A stretch of 64,000 nt of DNA, taken from the NCBI GenBank assembly GCA_045532035.1, contig JAZSFD010000050.1:6751-70750 (forward strand). Reading direction: 5' to 3'. Below, piece by piece: positions 61,561 through 64,000 of this stretch; the stretch's first letter is position 1, and each line of letters opens with the position of its first letter. The stretch comes from Eubacteriales bacterium (lineage in GTDB: Bacteria > Bacillota > Clostridia > Oscillospirales > CAG-382). The notes under the pieces were generated by a model. It had not been told where the DNA came from, did not search any database, and saw only the letters and a list, made by a program, of their open reading frames with translations. The translations under genes were made by a program, and so were the position numbers.

Positions 61561-61596
61561 ATAAAAAACACATTGCGAAAGGCAGACCAACTTTTA

Positions 61597-62385
61597 ATGG
61601 AAAACAACAATCTGCGACTCCTTGCGGTAGGCGACGTCGTCGGGAAAAGCGGTCTTGAATATATAAAAAGCAATCTCTGGAAGATAAGAAAAGCCGAAAA
61701 CTGTGACATCGTCATCGTCAACGGTGAAAACTCCGCCCCCGGCAACGGCATCACAAAAATGTCTGCCGACACCCTTTTTATGTCGGGCGCCGATATTATC
61801 ACCACGGGAAATCATGTTTTCAGACGAAACGAGGTCTATTCATACCTCGACGACAACGAAAAGGTGCTTCGTCCCGCAAACTATCCGAAAACAGTCCCGG
61901 GCTTTGCTCACGGAGTTTTTGACTTTTTTGGAGTAAGAGTTCTTGTCATGAATCTTTTGGGCACGGTTTATATGGAAAGTCTCGAAAGCCCCTTTGAGGC
62001 GGCAGAACGGATACTTGCCCGCGAAAAGGACGGTTTTGACATAGCTGTCTGCGACATTCACGCAGAAGCAACCAGTGAAAAGATGGCTTTCGCTCACCAT
62101 TTTGACGGGCGCATCCACATCGTTTTCGGCACCCACACCCATGTGCAGACCGCTGATGCAAAGATTCTGGCACAGGGTACGGGATATATCACCGATCTCG
62201 GCATGACAGGTCCCTATGACTCGGTGCTGGGAGTGAAAAAAGAAACGGTCATAAAAAAATTTGTCGAAAAAATGCCCGTTCGCTTTGATGAGGCCGACGG
62301 AAAGGCGTTTTTCAACGCCGCGGTCTTTGATATTGACACAAAGACAAAAAAAGTAACGAATGTGAAATCGATTCAATTATTCTGA
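61597..62385 (+). CDS. ymdB: TIGR00282 family metallophosphoesterase (YmdB-like 2',3'-cyclic-nucleotide phosphodiesterase)
   Basis: From MENNNLRLLAVGDVVGKSG. Reads VNGENSAPGNGIT...TTGNHVF...RPANYP. The TTG start at 61573 in the track lies too close to the promoter. Confidence 0.88.
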   Translation: MENNNLRLLAVGDVVGKSGLEYIKSNLWKIRKAENCDIVIVNGENSAPGNGITKMSADTLFMSGADIITTGNHVFRRNEVYSYLDDNEKVLRPANYPKTVPGFAHGVFDFFGVRVLVMNLLGTVYMESLESPFEAAERILAREKDGFDIAVCDIHAEATSEKMAFAHHFDGRIHIVFGTHTHVQTADAKILAQGTGYITDLGMTGPYDSVLGVKKETVIKKFVEKMPVRFDEADGKAFFNAAVFDIDTKTKKVTNVKSIQLF

Positions 62386-62407
62386 AATCACGAAAGGACA
62401 GATTATC

Positions 62408-63253
62408 ATGGTAGATTTTATTCAGATGCTGAAAGTCTTCTTCCTCGGAATCGTCGAGGGTATAACCGAATGGCTGCCCATAAGCAGCACGGGTCATCTC
62501 ATTCTTGTGGATGAGTTTTTACACCTTGCTCACCCCAACAATCCTGCATTCAAGGATATGTTCATCGATGTCATTCAGTTGGGAGCCATCCTTGCGGTGG
62601 TACTGGTGTTTTTCAAGGAGCTCTGGCCTTTCGGTCTTTCGGATTCGAAAAAGCCGATGCTAAAGAAAAACACCTTCTCAATGTGGTTGAAAATAATCGT
62701 TGCCTGCATTCCCGGCGCTGTCGCCGCTTTTGCTTTCAACGATTTCATCGAAGCAAATCTCTCCTCCCCCTACATCATCGCCGCGGCGCTCATCGTCTAC
62801 GGCATCGCTTTCATACTCATCGAAAACTACAACAAGAAACGCACTTCCGTAGTCGATTCGATCGACGACATCAGCTTCAGGCAAGCTCTTCTCATCGGCC
62901 TTTTCCAGGTGTTGTCAATAATCCCCGGCACCTCCCGCTCGGGCTCGACGATAATCGGAGGACTGATCCTTGGCATTTCAAGAAAAGCGGCGGCACAGTT
63001 CACCTTCTTCCTTGCCGTTCCCGTCATGTTCGGTCTTTCGGCACTCAAGCTTTTGAAATACATTATTGAGTTCGGTTTCGGCTTTGCCGATTTTGCACTT
63101 CTCGGATTCGGAATGCTTGTGGCGTTTGCCGTGTCGCTCTTTGTCATCAAGTTCCTCATGAGCTATATCAGAAAGCATGATTTCAAGGTCTTCGGCTGGT
63201 ACAGGATCGTGCTTGGTGCCATCGTCATCGCATATTTTGCGTTTTTCAACTGA
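62408..63253 (+). CDS. uppP: Undecaprenyl-diphosphate phosphatase
   Basis: 281 aa. Reads GIVEGITEWLPISSTGHLIL...PGTSRSGSTIIGGL. Confidence 0.95.
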   Translation: MVDFIQMLKVFFLGIVEGITEWLPISSTGHLILVDEFLHLAHPNNPAFKDMFIDVIQLGAILAVVLVFFKELWPFGLSDSKKPMLKKNTFSMWLKIIVACIPGAVAAFAFNDFIEANLSSPYIIAAALIVYGIAFILIENYNKKRTSVVDSIDDISFRQALLIGLFQVLSIIPGTSRSGSTIIGGLILGISRKAAAQFTFFLAVPVMFGLSALKLLKYIIEFGFGFADFALLGFGMLVAFAVSLFVIKFLMSYIRKHDFKVFGWYRIVLGAIVIAYFAFFN

Positions 63254-63255
63254 TT

Positions 63256-63297
63256 ACAAAAAATCTCCGTGTAGCTTGATGTACACGGAGATTCTTA
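63256..63297. terminator. Bidirectional terminator between uppP and the GH2 gene
   Basis: An 11-bp stem atctccgtgta/tacacggagat has an A-run upstream and a T-rich downstream flank. Confidence 0.75.
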
Positions 63298-63303
63298 TTA
63301 TAA

Positions 63304-64000
63304 TCAGTCCTCGATAGCAGCCTTTCTTGTGTTGATATCATAGAAGATCTTGGGGTCGAACTTGAACTTTCTGTCATATGTCATGAGTCCGTTTACCTCC
63401 TGCTCCACATCATAAAGCTGGGTGTAGCAGAAGCCGATGAAGGCATCGTTGTCAAGAAGAATATCAGTAAGTCTCTTGTAGCGGTCAAGGAATTCCTCGT
63501 CGTCCTTGGGTGCGTTGCCATAGCCCCAGCCTTCCTCCTTGTCGCTCTTGCGGATTCCTCCGTATTCGCTCATGAAGATAGGTTCGCCGTTCCATTTCTG
63601 ACGGTCGGGCTCGCGGCGCCAGATCTGATCCTTGATCTCGCCGTTCTTGGCGTTTTTGTAGTATTCAAAGAACTTTTCGGGATCCTGCTCATAATCATGA
63701 ACATCGAAAATATCGGTGACCACATGATAGTTTCCGCTGACATCAATGCAGGGGCGGGTCTTGTCATATGCCTTTGTGACCTCGTAAACCATGCGCAGAA
63801 CAGCATCGCACTGACGGATATGACGGGGACCATAGTCCCAGGTCTCATTGAAAGGACACCAGCCGATGATGGAGGGATGCGAATAATCTCGCTCAAGCGC
63901 CTCAAGCCATTCGGGCAAAAAGTTTGCAACAGCTCCCTCATAGGTTGTGTTCATGCACCAGTTTGCGTGCTCACCCCAGACGGTGTATCCGAGCTTGTCT
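63304..64000 (-). CDS. Glycoside hydrolase family 2 (beta-galactosidase/glucuronidase-like), C-terminal part; 5' end off the window
   Basis: HPSIIGWCPFNETW (the acid/base NE region) and MSEYGG (the nucleophile E region) are typical of the GH2 TIM barrel. The frame stays open upstream of the track Met to the window edge (..DKLGYTVWGEHANWCMNTTYEG). Confidence 0.8.
   Translation of the reverse strand, partial: DKLGYTVWGEHANWCMNTTYEGAVANFLPEWLEALERDYSHPSIIGWCPFNETWDYGPRHIRQCDAVLRMVYEVTKAYDKTRPCIDVSGNYHVVTDIFDVHDYEQDPEKFFEYYKNAKNGEIKDQIWRREPDRQKWNGEPIFMSEYGGIRKSDKEEGWGYGNAPKDDEEFLDRYKRLTDILLDNDAFIGFCYTQLYDVEQEVNGLMTYDRKFKFDPKIFYDINTRKAAIED

Noticed and set aside
1-64000. I searched for rRNA, tRNA, tmRNA, CRISPR arrays, transposases or integrases, restriction-modification or other defence genes, and parS (TGTTNCACGTGAAACA).
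   Set aside because: I recognised none by eye on either strand. This is a visual scan only. tRNAscan, Rfam, ISfinder, DefenseFinder and a parS pattern search would be needed to exclude them formally.

Overview
This is a 64-kb chromosomal segment of about 50% GC. I infer a spore-forming Clostridia-class Firmicute from spoVAC, spmA/spmB, a SpoIIQ-like M23 protein, an AbrB-like regulator and a SCIFF peptide locus. I support about 58 protein genes. Most are densely packed housekeeping genes: glyQS, rlmH, mscL, hpt, tsaB, mreB, parB, ppdK, rpsI, rplM, rsmI, argH and uppP. The rest are carbohydrate-active enzymes, regulators and two ABC-transporter operons. I saw no rRNA, tRNA, CRISPR array, transposase, integrase or recognisable defence gene. 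Many long ORFs in the supplied track are antisense shadows of real genes, and several track ORFs carry spurious N-terminal extensions, which I corrected using RBS, promoter and neighbour positions. Six things deserve a second look. (1) A roughly 1570-aa protein looks like a catalytically dead DUF4011/Upf1-type helicase-nuclease, and its stop codon overlaps the start codon of an MreB paralogue. (2) An AT-rich tract, about seven tandem 11-bp iteron-like repeats and a DnaA-box-like 9-mer lie between two convergent genes. (3) A SCIFF RiPP locus (precursor plus radical SAM maturase) is tightly coupled to a PLP decarboxylase. (4) A cluster of four zinc-ribbon proteins includes two tandem paralogues. 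(5) An orphan parB operon also encodes a membrane protein, a MORN-repeat protein and a TrmH methyltransferase. (6) A MacAB-like efflux operon ends in a repeat-containing SLH wall protein. All family assignments come from reading motifs by eye. None has been checked by a database search.
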